Shown here: positions 17,695-26,659 of the stretch, piece after piece
Layout: each line of letters starts with the position of its first letter
Numbering within the stretch: position 1 is the stretch's first letter
From: Patescibacteria group bacterium
Lineage (GTDB): Bacteria; Patescibacteriota; Minisyncoccia; UBA6257; GWB1-50-10
Direction of reading: 5' to 3'
DNA length: 64,000 nt
Assembly: GCA_024239035.1 (NCBI GenBank)
Contig: JANBVK010000001.1
Location: 171,010 to 235,009, forward strand
Made by a program: the position numbers and the translations under genes
The notes under the pieces: generated by a model
What the model saw: the letters and a program-made list of their open reading frames with translations, nothing else
What the model was told of the DNA's origin: nothing
The model's database searches: none

Positions 17695-19436
17695 ACCACT
17701 TCCGCCTGATAGCACTCCTCACAATAGGGCTTGTAGCCATCAGTAGATTTATAACTGGAGTAAATTTCCTTGTTACAATTGTGACACTTTTCGGGGAAAA
17801 TCCGATAGTTGTTCAAAATGGCAAATCGATCAACTATCCTTTGGTAGGGATATCTGGTTGGGATAGGCAGTTTTTTTCTTCTGTAAAACTTGAGTTCGGA
17901 AGAAATAATCCGAAAGGGATAGCCGGTCTTCTCGCAAATAAGAGCTTTATTTACAATATCATCAGTGACATCTTTAATATCTTTTGGAATATCACGAACA
18001 GAAACCGTCTCCATTCCCTTGACATCAATATTGACTTCTTCTTGCCACAGAGCACCAAACTTCTCAATTTGCTCTTTATTTAACGGAAAGATGATCTGGG
18101 CCATCGAATCATTGTAGGCGAAGGTACTAAATTTCAAGGGGAAAAATTCTCCATACTCTCCCCTTTCTAAAAGCTTTGTTTTAATGTCATCAACTATTGC
18201 CCAATATTCATCCTCCTCATACTGTTTATTAAAAATACAATACTGTTTATTCTCTACACCGACACAAGCGAAACAATTAATGCAATGGAGACAATTTATC
18301 AAGTACTCCGATTCGATAATAAACTTTGAAGCGAAAGAAAACTTGACCCTTGAACCCTCGGAACCTACTCCTACTGTCTCATATAGTAATTCCGAACCAC
18401 CCGAAATGCTGTAGTCCATTGAATCTTTATTCCTAACGGTTATTTCAGCAAATCTGAGGTTCTCTGACTTCTCAGCGTGAAAAACGTTGTCACAATTCTT
18501 GCAGCTGGCAATTTGATTCCCAAACGAATTATGTGACTTATCAATTCTAGTAGCTCTGACGGGAGACTCCTTAACCAGATTCCAAAACTTAGCTTTATAG
18601 CCCTCGAGTAATTCCCTATCACCAAGGTAAATTTTCTTTCTCTCTTTTCTATATTCTTCTTCGGATAATTGTTTATTAAAAATACAATATTTCTTATTCC
18701 GAAGGTTAACACAGCCAAAGCAGTCACTGCAGTTACGGCAATCATAAATGAAGGCGCAATCTAAGCAATCATTTGAAAAGTAAGCATAATCACATCGGTA
18801 GCATTTCTTGGTAAGAACGCTTTCATAACACTGTTCACATTTCCAAATACTATAACAATCAATGCTGTCCCTGGAGTTAAAAACTGACATGCTATAAGAT
18901 ATATTCTCGGAACGCCAGCCTCCTGAGACATAGTAGCCATTTTTCAAATCTCTCCCTCCTAGGGTGTAGTCGCTGTTTATACAATAAGGATCACGAATAA
19001 TAGTGGGTTGAGGAACAACGCTTCTCAATTTTTCATAATAAGTATCAAAAAATGGCTCGCTAACCTCATATTCCTGGCCATATTTCAGGGGATCCCAGCC
19101 GGCTGACCGATAAAATTTAAAATCATATACGGTAAAATCTTTCACGGGCGAAACAAAAGAGACAACTTGCTCATCATGCCGGGGAGCATCACAGGACCGT
19201 TTATATAATTTAATAGTGTGTCCGAAGGTCAAACGTCTCTGCCGACGGCAGTTAGGACAGAGGGTGGGCGGGGGCACGCGGAGTAAATTATAAAACTCAA
19301 TATCCCTTTCTATTATTTCAAACTCTTTCAAACAATAAGGTGATTTCCCCGACCAAGCACATTTCCTGGTATGCGGCTTGATATCCTTCAATATCTCATC
19401 AAGCGCCCTGTCAAATTGTGGCGTTTTAGATATCAT
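17691..19436 (-). CDS. Cys-rich multi-zinc-ribbon paralog (copy 11, most divergent)
   Basis: 581 aa. The N-terminus KCAWSGKSPYCLKEFEIIERDIEFYNLLRVPPPTLCPNCRRQRR and the core motifs CSDCFGCVNLRNKKYCIFNKQLSEEEY and CINCFACVGVENKQYCIFNKQYEEDEY are retained. Confidence 0.75.
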   Translation of the reverse strand: MISKTPQFDRALDEILKDIKPHTRKCAWSGKSPYCLKEFEIIERDIEFYNLLRVPPPTLCPNCRRQRRLTFGHTIKLYKRSCDAPRHDEQVVSFVSPVKDFTVYDFKFYRSAGWDPLKYGQEYEVSEPFFDTYYEKLRSVVPQPTIIRDPYCINSDYTLGGRDLKNGYYVSGGWRSENISYSMSVFNSRDSIDCYSIWKCEQCYESVLTKKCYRCDYAYFSNDCLDCAFIYDCRNCSDCFGCVNLRNKKYCIFNKQLSEEEYRKERKKIYLGDRELLEGYKAKFWNLVKESPVRATRIDKSHNSFGNQIASCKNCDNVFHAEKSENLRFAEITVRNKDSMDYSISGGSELLYETVGVGSEGSRVKFSFASKFIIESEYLINCLHCINCFACVGVENKQYCIFNKQYEEDEYWAIVDDIKTKLLERGEYGEFFPLKFSTFAYNDSMAQIIFPLNKEQIEKFGALWQEEVNIDVKGMETVSVRDIPKDIKDVTDDIVNKALICEKTGYPFRIISSELKFYRRKKLPIPTRYPYQRIVDRFAILNNYRIFPEKCHNCNKEIYSSYKSTDGYKPYCEECYQAEVV

Positions 19437-21124
19437 ACAACCTCACTTTGATAACATGGTTCGCAATATACAATTTCGGGTCTGTCAGGAGCATAGGTAG
19501 TCCTTATCTTCTTCTTGCACTTCGCGCACTCGCGGTCATAAAGCTTCATTGGATTGAGTTTCTTCACGCGCGCATAATCCCGACACAGCGGGCATTTTTG
19601 CGGAATAGGAATCTGAAATCTGCGATAGAGGTTCAATTCACCCTTTATTAACTTATAGTTCTTGCCGCATTTTTCACACTTGAGAATCCCTTTCAAAATG
19701 TCATCCGTCACGTCTCTAATATGGTCCGGTACACTCACGGTTGCATCCTGATACTCCCGTAAATCGGGGTCTCGCCACCGAAATCCCTTCTTTAAGGCCT
19801 CTTCCTTACCGAGCGGATACCATTCGTATGCGGTAGATTCATTGTATGCCCACGGGAGAAACTCCGCAGGAAACAACTCGCCATACCTATACTCTCTGCC
19901 AAGCTTATCCCGATATGGGACCTCTATCATTTGCTTTTTTATTTTCTGGACTTTATCCTGATATTCATCTTTTGAATACTGCTTATTTAAAATACAGTAT
20001 TCAGAACTTCGTATTCCAACACACCCAAAAATATTTCCGGAGCCATGGCATCCGAAACAATACTCTACATCGTGACAACGATAAACCCACTCTCCAAATT
20101 TCACATTATTAACGTTGATACCCGTCCAGGAACTCTCATAAATCCATTCCGCTTTATCCGCAAACATCGTGTAGTCATATGATTGCGCTACGGGACCATC
20201 CTTTAGCAGCTGACAATATCTGCAATTCTCACCGTTTCTGACCATAAATGAATCTTGTACGTTTTTGCAGCTAAAAATGTAATCCCCGGAAGAATTTGTG
20301 TTTTTCCTCCCATGAAATTCTTTACGAGGAAATTTTCTTATAAAATCGTTAACCTTTTTCTTGAATTCCCCAACGCTTTTCGCCGAACCGAAGTTAAATT
20401 CACCAACCAGTCGCTCGTACTCCTCTTTTGAGTAAGGTTTATTAAAAATGTGATAACTTTTATTCCTTAAATTGATACAGCCGACACAAGAAGAACACCC
20501 CATAAGATCTTGAGAAAACCATATATCGTGGCAATCCTCGCAATCCTGTGAATAAAACGTCCGGTAACATTTATTAATCGTCACCGATCCGTAGCAGAGC
20601 TCACAGTTATTAGAAAACGAAACGTCAAAACAATCCTTCATATATTGGATTGTATTCAAATATGCGCAATCCTCGCTGTGATCTGCTTTGAAACATAAAT
20701 AACAATTCTTTAACGTAGCGGCGGCATTACAGTACTCGCTGTTTATCATCGTTGTATATTCGGTGTAGAGCGCCGGGAAGGGAACCTCCTGCAACAATTC
20801 GTGGAACTGTTCAAAAAATGATCGGGAGAAATCATAATCCCGCCCATAACTTTTAGAATCCCACTTATCAGACCACCATATATCTTGGCGGTATACCTTA
20901 TGCGCCAAGTCCGGAGAATGAACGGATATCACCATATCCCCTGTGAAATCACACTTACGCTTATAGAGAACGCGGTATCCTTGTGCTGCTACTCTCCGTA
21001 TGAACCGGCACTCCGGACACCATGTCGGCGGCGGCACATGTATTGTCTCATAAAACCCAAAATCATCCGATTCAATCGTGAACTTTTGCTTACAGCTTTG
21101 ACACTGTCGAGTTTCTTGCTTCAT
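19433..21124 (-). CDS. Cys-rich multi-zinc-ribbon paralog (copy 12), the first gene of the array in the transcription direction
   Basis: 563-aa ORF beginning MKQETRQCQSCKQKFTIESDDFGFYETIHVPPPTWCPECR, with the full family architecture. Its stop shares an ATGA overlap with the copy 11 start. Confidence 0.8.
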   Translation of the reverse strand: MKQETRQCQSCKQKFTIESDDFGFYETIHVPPPTWCPECRFIRRVAAQGYRVLYKRKCDFTGDMVISVHSPDLAHKVYRQDIWWSDKWDSKSYGRDYDFSRSFFEQFHELLQEVPFPALYTEYTTMINSEYCNAAATLKNCYLCFKADHSEDCAYLNTIQYMKDCFDVSFSNNCELCYGSVTINKCYRTFYSQDCEDCHDIWFSQDLMGCSSCVGCINLRNKSYHIFNKPYSKEEYERLVGEFNFGSAKSVGEFKKKVNDFIRKFPRKEFHGRKNTNSSGDYIFSCKNVQDSFMVRNGENCRYCQLLKDGPVAQSYDYTMFADKAEWIYESSWTGINVNNVKFGEWVYRCHDVEYCFGCHGSGNIFGCVGIRSSEYCILNKQYSKDEYQDKVQKIKKQMIEVPYRDKLGREYRYGELFPAEFLPWAYNESTAYEWYPLGKEEALKKGFRWRDPDLREYQDATVSVPDHIRDVTDDILKGILKCEKCGKNYKLIKGELNLYRRFQIPIPQKCPLCRDYARVKKLNPMKLYDRECAKCKKKIRTTYAPDRPEIVYCEPCYQSEVV

Positions 21125-21144
21125 ATGACCCTACTTTGAATCAT

Positions 21145-21176
21145 AAAGAATACTAGATTTAAATCTAGTATTCTTT
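21145..21176. promoter_or_regulatory. Perfect 32-bp palindrome (AAAGAATACTAGATTT|AAATCTAGTATTCTTT) 21 nt upstream of the array start codon. Candidate operator and/or terminator of the upstream ATPase gene
   Basis: The 16/16 inverted repeat is read from the sequence. On the minus-strand sense it overlaps a weak -35/-10 pair (TTTAAA ... TATGAT), followed by AGGG and then ATG. Confidence 0.45.
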
Positions 21177-21208
21177 AAATTTCAGGAAGGTAAGAACCCT
21201 AAACCCTA

Positions 21209-22702
21209 CTAAATAAGCGGCTCCTCTAACTGAGATGCCTGCTCTTCGGCTGGGGCGCCGGCAGGCCCTCGACTGAGCTCGGTCGAAGTCCCGCCAGCAG
21301 ACGGACTACCGGTAATTGCTGCTTTTTCCTGGGCGCTCCGAATAATTGTCGCTTCCTCTTCCTCAATAAGCTTCTTGGCAGCATCGGCGGAGATAGTATA
21401 TTTCCGCCGTGACGCGGCAATGACCTCTTCCTTAAACGACCTGTGGGGCGGGGGTAATACTTTTAGCGTCTCAGCTGAGAAAGGATCATACGATTCACCA
21501 TCAATCATGAGTTTAATATAGAATTCCTGCATACCGAGGTTAATCATGTCTTTTGTCTTAAAAATCGGTGCCATCTCTGGTTCCAATGTCTTCGCATCCT
21601 CGCCGCCAACCCGGAATATAATAATACTCCCCACATTACCTAAAACCGCTGCCCGCACTCTCTCAATAAGCTGGCCGATGTATTGATGAGCAATCGTAAT
21701 ATTAAGTGCATATTTTCTAGCCTCGGACAATAAATTCTCAAACGTCTCGGTAACCAAATTATGGAACTCATCAACGTACAAGTAAAAGTCGTGGCGTTCC
21801 TTTTCAGGTAGCTTTGCCCTAGCCATTCCAGCCTGTTTAATTTTTGTAATAAACATCGAACCAAAAAAACTCGAGTTCTCCTCCCCCAGCTTTCCCTTAG
21901 AGAGGTTTATTAGAATAATTTTTTTCTCTCCCATAAGTTTTTCAAGATCTACTTTATTCTCTTTCTGACCAAAAATATTCCGCAGCATTGGGTCAGAAAG
22001 AAATTGACCAAGTTTATTCACAAGCGGAATGATAGCATCGGTATCAAACTTCTCTGACCAATCAGCAAACTCGATTGCCCAAAAGCGTTTTACCATATCG
22101 TCCTCAATATATTCCACTACTTTTTGCCGATAGTTCCTGTCGGTAAGCATGGATATCATTCCTCGCATCGTCGCATGAGGATAGTCAAGAAGAGCGAGAG
22201 AAGTAAACCGGAAGACGTGCTCAAGTCGAGGTGTCCAGTTTGCGCCAAATTGCTTCTCCATAACCTCAATCAATCCTTGAGTCAACTGGTGCTTAAATAA
22301 AGGATCTATGTTCGACAATGGATTAAATGAAACTGGATAGTCGTTATCTGAGGGGTCAATAATAACTACGTCTTCAATCCTATCCTCCGGAACAAAATCT
22401 AAAGTTTCCTCAATAACGTCTCCGTGAGGATCTATAAGACAAAGACCGTGCCCGTAAGCAATGTCCTGACGAATAAGAAGTTCCAAAAGCTTAGACTTTC
22501 CAACGCCGCTTTTCCCTATGATGTATAGATGGCGCCGTCGATCCACCCGTTTGATGCCGAAAATAAATTTTTTCTCCTCAAGAGCAGCCACATAGTTAGT
22601 GCGGCCGATAAATGAAGTTTCTTTAGGATCAATGCGCCCATACGTCGGTAGTTCCGGCGGCGGCGGCGCATATCTAATTATTTGGATTTTACTTCTAGCC
22701 AT
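21209..22702 (-). CDS. TraD/VirD4/TraG-like (DUF87/FtsK-HerA superfamily) ATPase, stand-alone ATPase domain
   Basis: 497 aa with Walker A IIGKSGVGKSKLLE, LIDPHGDV, Walker B YLYVDEFHNL and ARKYALNITIAHQYIGQL. It is a paralog of the C-terminal half of 54676..57030. Confidence 0.75.
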   Translation of the reverse strand: MARSKIQIIRYAPPPPELPTYGRIDPKETSFIGRTNYVAALEEKKFIFGIKRVDRRRHLYIIGKSGVGKSKLLELLIRQDIAYGHGLCLIDPHGDVIEETLDFVPEDRIEDVVIIDPSDNDYPVSFNPLSNIDPLFKHQLTQGLIEVMEKQFGANWTPRLEHVFRFTSLALLDYPHATMRGMISMLTDRNYRQKVVEYIEDDMVKRFWAIEFADWSEKFDTDAIIPLVNKLGQFLSDPMLRNIFGQKENKVDLEKLMGEKKIILINLSKGKLGEENSSFFGSMFITKIKQAGMARAKLPEKERHDFYLYVDEFHNLVTETFENLLSEARKYALNITIAHQYIGQLIERVRAAVLGNVGSIIIFRVGGEDAKTLEPEMAPIFKTKDMINLGMQEFYIKLMIDGESYDPFSAETLKVLPPPHRSFKEEVIAASRRKYTISADAAKKLIEEEEATIIRSAQEKAAITGSPSAGGTSTELSRGPAGAPAEEQASQLEEPLI

Positions 22703-22724
22703 GCGATGTTTTAATTTTTAATTT

Positions 22725-23243
22725 TTACAGCACTCCCACCTCCTTAAGAAAGGACTCGTAACTCCTCAAAACCATCTTGGCGTCTGTCGGTGATAAAACA
22801 AAGCCGGGTGTGTGAACTAAATTATTGCGAATCTTGTGAGCCTTCCATAAACTCTCTACTGTTTTCAGGTCTCGAGTCCCTAAACGCTCCAATCGATCGG
22901 CCATGTGTTCACCTTTCAAATCCATACGTTTTAATATGTCGTCAATAAAACTATCTGCCTCAATAATACCGAGCGTTAATGACTGCGGCGGAGACCTGTG
23001 GGCTTTCTCCACAACCTGCTGCCAGCGTCCCTTCAGTACCGCATCTTTTAAAAGTAGGCCTCCTTTAGCCGGCTTAGGATTAAAAACAAATTTCGGACGA
23101 AACGGTAATGATTTAATAAAAACGAACACAAATAAGATTATTAGAACAATATCGAGAACTATAAAAACAACCCTTAAAGTAAAAAATATGTCTCTCCAAG
23201 GGATACCCGAAAACCATTGAAAAGCAGATTGGATAAAATTCAT
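22725..23243 (-). CDS. Small N-terminally membrane-anchored protein with a possible HEPN-like R-x4-H motif (AHKIRNNLVH)
   Basis: 172-aa ORF with a hydrophobic N-terminus (FTLRVVFIVLDIVLIILFVFVFI). The C-terminal motif assignment is tentative. Confidence 0.5.
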   Translation of the reverse strand: MNFIQSAFQWFSGIPWRDIFFTLRVVFIVLDIVLIILFVFVFIKSLPFRPKFVFNPKPAKGGLLLKDAVLKGRWQQVVEKAHRSPPQSLTLGIIEADSFIDDILKRMDLKGEHMADRLERLGTRDLKTVESLWKAHKIRNNLVHTPGFVLSPTDAKMVLRSYESFLKEVGVL

Positions 23244-23245
23244 AT

Positions 23246-24652
23246 TTATCTAAATTTCTCTATTTCCCCTTCTTCGCCGAAAATCGCAAGTCCGGATGGT
23301 GGTCCCTTCCGGCGACTCTCCAAGTGTTTAATGTGCGGCTCTGTTAAAACTATTGAGGTCGGCGGGTGGAAAAGAGTAGCCAATCCTTCAATGTTCATAA
23401 CAAAACGGCGAGAAGCAAAGTTCCAGTTCATTAAATAAGCAAGCACAAGCCGTCCCAGCCGCGTCTCCGGCGGCATCTCTCGCCTAATGAAATTGTAGAG
23501 TACACGCTGCTTCCTGTACTCATTACGCCACTTTGGAAAAAGATGCGGCCAGTTCCAAATTAAAGCTCTGGTACTTATGGGCCAATTCTGACGAAAGAAA
23601 TTAAGATTCAGGGCGCTGTATTGATTAAAAGCGCCGGCCAAGCCGCGACGAGCAAAACTATCATAGAATATGGACTTGGGCGATAAATATATAAAGCGTA
23701 TCAACGTCTCAAAGGCGGATTTAGAAAGGTTGTTCTCAACGGCTTCCAGAATTTCAGTTTCACCCGGCGATCTCGCAATAAACTTAGCGAAACTCTCAAC
23801 TTGACCCTCAGCACCAGTTTTAGTCCCTTTTTGGGTTTTCGGTTCTTTTAATCTATTAAGCATACCATCCCATTTATTTACCCATTCGTTACCAGTAGGA
23901 GCAATCAATATCTGAATACCCACAACTTCCTCTTCTTTTAATTTACTCAACACCTCCAAAAAAGTTGATATGGGATCAATCAGTTTTTCTTCTTCTTTTT
24001 CTTGTCTTTCAAAAGCGGGGTAGGTCTTAATCGGATACAGATCTTCTCTTGCAAGAACCATCTCTGAACCCCACAAATCCATGCCTCGGCCATACATCTC
24101 TGGAACGCTTGCCGGAAACTTATCAACATAATCATCCACTTCCACTATCTCAATGTCCGGGTAATAAGAAAAGAACGCTGACTCAACTAAGTTTCTTTGT
24201 TTATGGTAAATCCTAACGTAAAAATGAACTTCTCCGCCGAAACTCACTATCTCAAGACTAAACCACCTTGTAACCTCGCCATCAAAATATTTTTCCCCGA
24301 AATTACTTGGAAGATTCCGCAGGGAATGCAGAGCAGCTAAAACTTGCTCCATTGATTGCGAGCTCTTCTGAAGTTCTCTGGGAATTATGAGTTCTAAGAG
24401 AACAGTCTTAAAATGAATTTTTTTATAAAGCTCTTGCCGCCAAAAAAGCCAAATAGACCTAAATGCAGGAAAAATAATTAGGAACAGTAAAAACGGCAAC
24501 AACAAAACCAAGACCCGAATTAAAATACCCCCCGGCAGAGCAACTACTAACGCTCCTCCGAGAAGTATAACAAATAAAAGAAACCAAATCTCTTCCTGTT
24601 TAAATAACTCCTCAATGATATCAACAAAATGGCCTAAGAGATGACGAAACAT
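23246..24652 (-). CDS. Membrane protein homologous to the N-terminal domain of the 784-aa TraD-like ATPase at 54676..57030
   Basis: 468 aa with an N-terminal TM segment. Blocks shared with the 784-aa protein are FSLEIVSFGGEVHFYV~FVFEVAVPYIGEEIHFFI and LATLFHPPTS~LASIFHFPTP, with a C-terminal RRKGPP~KEAPPP. Confidence 0.6.
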   Translation of the reverse strand: MFRHLLGHFVDIIEELFKQEEIWFLLFVILLGGALVVALPGGILIRVLVLLLPFLLFLIIFPAFRSIWLFWRQELYKKIHFKTVLLELIIPRELQKSSQSMEQVLAALHSLRNLPSNFGEKYFDGEVTRWFSLEIVSFGGEVHFYVRIYHKQRNLVESAFFSYYPDIEIVEVDDYVDKFPASVPEMYGRGMDLWGSEMVLAREDLYPIKTYPAFERQEKEEEKLIDPISTFLEVLSKLKEEEVVGIQILIAPTGNEWVNKWDGMLNRLKEPKTQKGTKTGAEGQVESFAKFIARSPGETEILEAVENNLSKSAFETLIRFIYLSPKSIFYDSFARRGLAGAFNQYSALNLNFFRQNWPISTRALIWNWPHLFPKWRNEYRKQRVLYNFIRREMPPETRLGRLVLAYLMNWNFASRRFVMNIEGLATLFHPPTSIVLTEPHIKHLESRRKGPPSGLAIFGEEGEIEKFR

Positions 24653-24663
24653 ACCGTTCTAGT

Positions 24664-25686
24664 TTATGTTTCTCTAACGTGATAACGTCCATTATCCAAA
24701 CGCCTGAAGTGGCTCCGATTTTGAAGGCTGAGCAAGATAGTATTCTCTCTCAAAATTCTCTGCTCGTTGACTAAGTTAACAACCGCGCTTGAGGTTAATG
24801 GTCCTTGTTTCTTTAATAACCTCACTATCACCTCCCGAACCGTCCCCGGCTCAAAACCATGCTCCACTAAAGCGTACATTCCGCGGCCGACCAAAACAAA
24901 TCGATCATCTTTAATAAGTTCGTTATGGACGGTTTGAATGTGAGCTGGTTTCTTATCAATGCCATAGTGATTAATGTGCTTGGCAATACCACTAAAGTGA
25001 AGTGGTTCACTGTGTTTTTTTAAAACGAGATATGCCTTATCCCGAATAGTCTTGGGTTCAATTTCTGGCCAGGTTCTCAAACCAAAGTCACCAAAAACAT
25101 TCATCCCTAGATGCTTAGGAACAGAAAGGAAATGATAGAAAGAACAATTTTTACATTCCGTCAGATAACTCTTCTCACTCAACGCTTTCTGTCTATCACC
25201 GGCTTTTAGAGACTTAGTAATCTTTTTAACGAAATTTAAAAACTTATTCTTCGAGCCTTCGTCGGAATACCAAAAACCAAACATTGAATCGTCTTCTTGA
25301 AAATAAAAAGGTTCTTCGGCAACCAAGAATAAAAACCTTAATTTTTGAGCAGGGTGTTTCACTTTTTTCAAAGTCATCCCTAAAACGTACTGCAAATCAC
25401 CAACGAAATAATCGTCCCGCCGTACACCGCCAACCCTAACCAAATAAGTTCTGGCTTGATCTAGGATTTCCGCGGCCTGTTCTTTAACTCTAGACCTTAG
25501 CCGATCTACGGCTTGTGCCTCAATTTGTCTCACCCTCTCCCTGGTAATGCCCAAATCATCCCCTATTTTCTGGAGGGTTACCCGACTGCCGGACTTTAGG
25601 CCGAAACGGCCATCAATAACTCTGCGTTGTTTGGCGTTGAACTCCCGGAGCAAACTATCAATAAATTGGTCGATATTTCCAATCAT
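24664..25686 (-). CDS. Protein with an N-terminal sigma-70 region-4-like HTH (LQKIGDDLGITRERVRQIEAQAVDRLR) and a C-terminal domain of unknown function
   Basis: 340-aa ORF. The HTH motif is characteristic of sigma-70 region 4. Confidence 0.55.
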   Translation of the reverse strand: MIGNIDQFIDSLLREFNAKQRRVIDGRFGLKSGSRVTLQKIGDDLGITRERVRQIEAQAVDRLRSRVKEQAAEILDQARTYLVRVGGVRRDDYFVGDLQYVLGMTLKKVKHPAQKLRFLFLVAEEPFYFQEDDSMFGFWYSDEGSKNKFLNFVKKITKSLKAGDRQKALSEKSYLTECKNCSFYHFLSVPKHLGMNVFGDFGLRTWPEIEPKTIRDKAYLVLKKHSEPLHFSGIAKHINHYGIDKKPAHIQTVHNELIKDDRFVLVGRGMYALVEHGFEPGTVREVIVRLLKKQGPLTSSAVVNLVNEQRILRENTILLSLQNRSHFRRLDNGRYHVRET

Positions 25687-25750
25687 AATAAGTGTTAATA
25701 CTTTAGCATATTTAGTTTAAGGGGTCAAGGTGGACGCTATAATAGTGAGG

Positions 25751-26641
25751 TTAATCCTTTTTTCCCTTCCCCCAAATATATAGTATTGGGCTTGCAACAA
25801 AAATTGATGAATAGGTGCCGACAACCGTCCCCACTAAAATAACCAAAATAAAGAAAAAGAGGGAAGGTGGACCGAAGAAAAGCAAAGCCGCCAATATAAA
25901 TATAAGAGTAAGAGACGTATTAATAGAACGGGCAAGCGTATCTCTAACGCTCTGGTTTATTATACTACTCAAGGGAACGTCCTTGCCGCGGTTAATTAAC
26001 AAATTCTCCCGAATCCGGTCAAAAACAACAATGGTATCGTGAACCGAAAATCCCATCACCACAAGAAGAGCAACAATAAAATTGGTGTCAATTTCAATTC
26101 CCTGCCACCAGCCCAAGAACGCCAGCATACCGATCGGGATACTGACATCATGAAATAGAGTTATAAGAGTGACTACGCCATATTTCCAAGACCTAACCGG
26201 CTCCGAAACTTTTCTGAAAGCCCAAGTAACAAAAATAGAAATACCAACAAGGACTAAAATCATCGCCCAGACTGACCTACGCCGAAGATCCGAACCGATG
26301 GTCGGACCGATGCTTGAAAAATTTTTTTCCTCCAGTTCTCCTAAACTCTGTTTCAAAACCACTAAATATGCCTGGTGATCCTCTTCGCTCAAGTCTGGCA
26401 ACCGAATAATGAAACTTCCATCACCAGCTGTTTTAACAGACGCCTCTAAACCAGCTATTTCTCTAAAAACCGATTTAATCTCTTCGACGCTAACAGGGTC
26501 TGCGAAAGACACCTGCCATGAGGTACCCCCTTTTAAATCGATGCCTGGTTTTACTCCTAAAAATATAACTAAAAGCCAACTCACAAGCACAAATGCTCCG
26601 GCAATACCTAAATATATTTTTCTTTTAGCTACAACATTCAT
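25751..26641 (-). CDS. secF: Protein translocase subunit SecF
   Basis: 296 aa with GIDLKGGTSWQVSF and a six-TM C-terminal half typical of SecF. It is adjacent to secD. Confidence 0.8.
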   Translation of the reverse strand: MNVVAKRKIYLGIAGAFVLVSWLLVIFLGVKPGIDLKGGTSWQVSFADPVSVEEIKSVFREIAGLEASVKTAGDGSFIIRLPDLSEEDHQAYLVVLKQSLGELEEKNFSSIGPTIGSDLRRRSVWAMILVLVGISIFVTWAFRKVSEPVRSWKYGVVTLITLFHDVSIPIGMLAFLGWWQGIEIDTNFIVALLVVMGFSVHDTIVVFDRIRENLLINRGKDVPLSSIINQSVRDTLARSINTSLTLIFILAALLFFGPPSLFFFILVILVGTVVGTYSSIFVASPILYIWGKGKKD

Positions 26642-26659
26642 ATCTTTAGTAACTAGTGA

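Noticed and set aside
17673-18083. 136-aa plus-strand ORF, and similar plus-strand ORFs at 737..985, 2128..2451, 3915..4124, 12002..12190 and elsewhere.
   Set aside because: They are antisense to long, conserved minus-strand genes and have low-complexity, hydrophobic translations. They are typical shadow ORFs in AT-rich DNA, with no independent signals.
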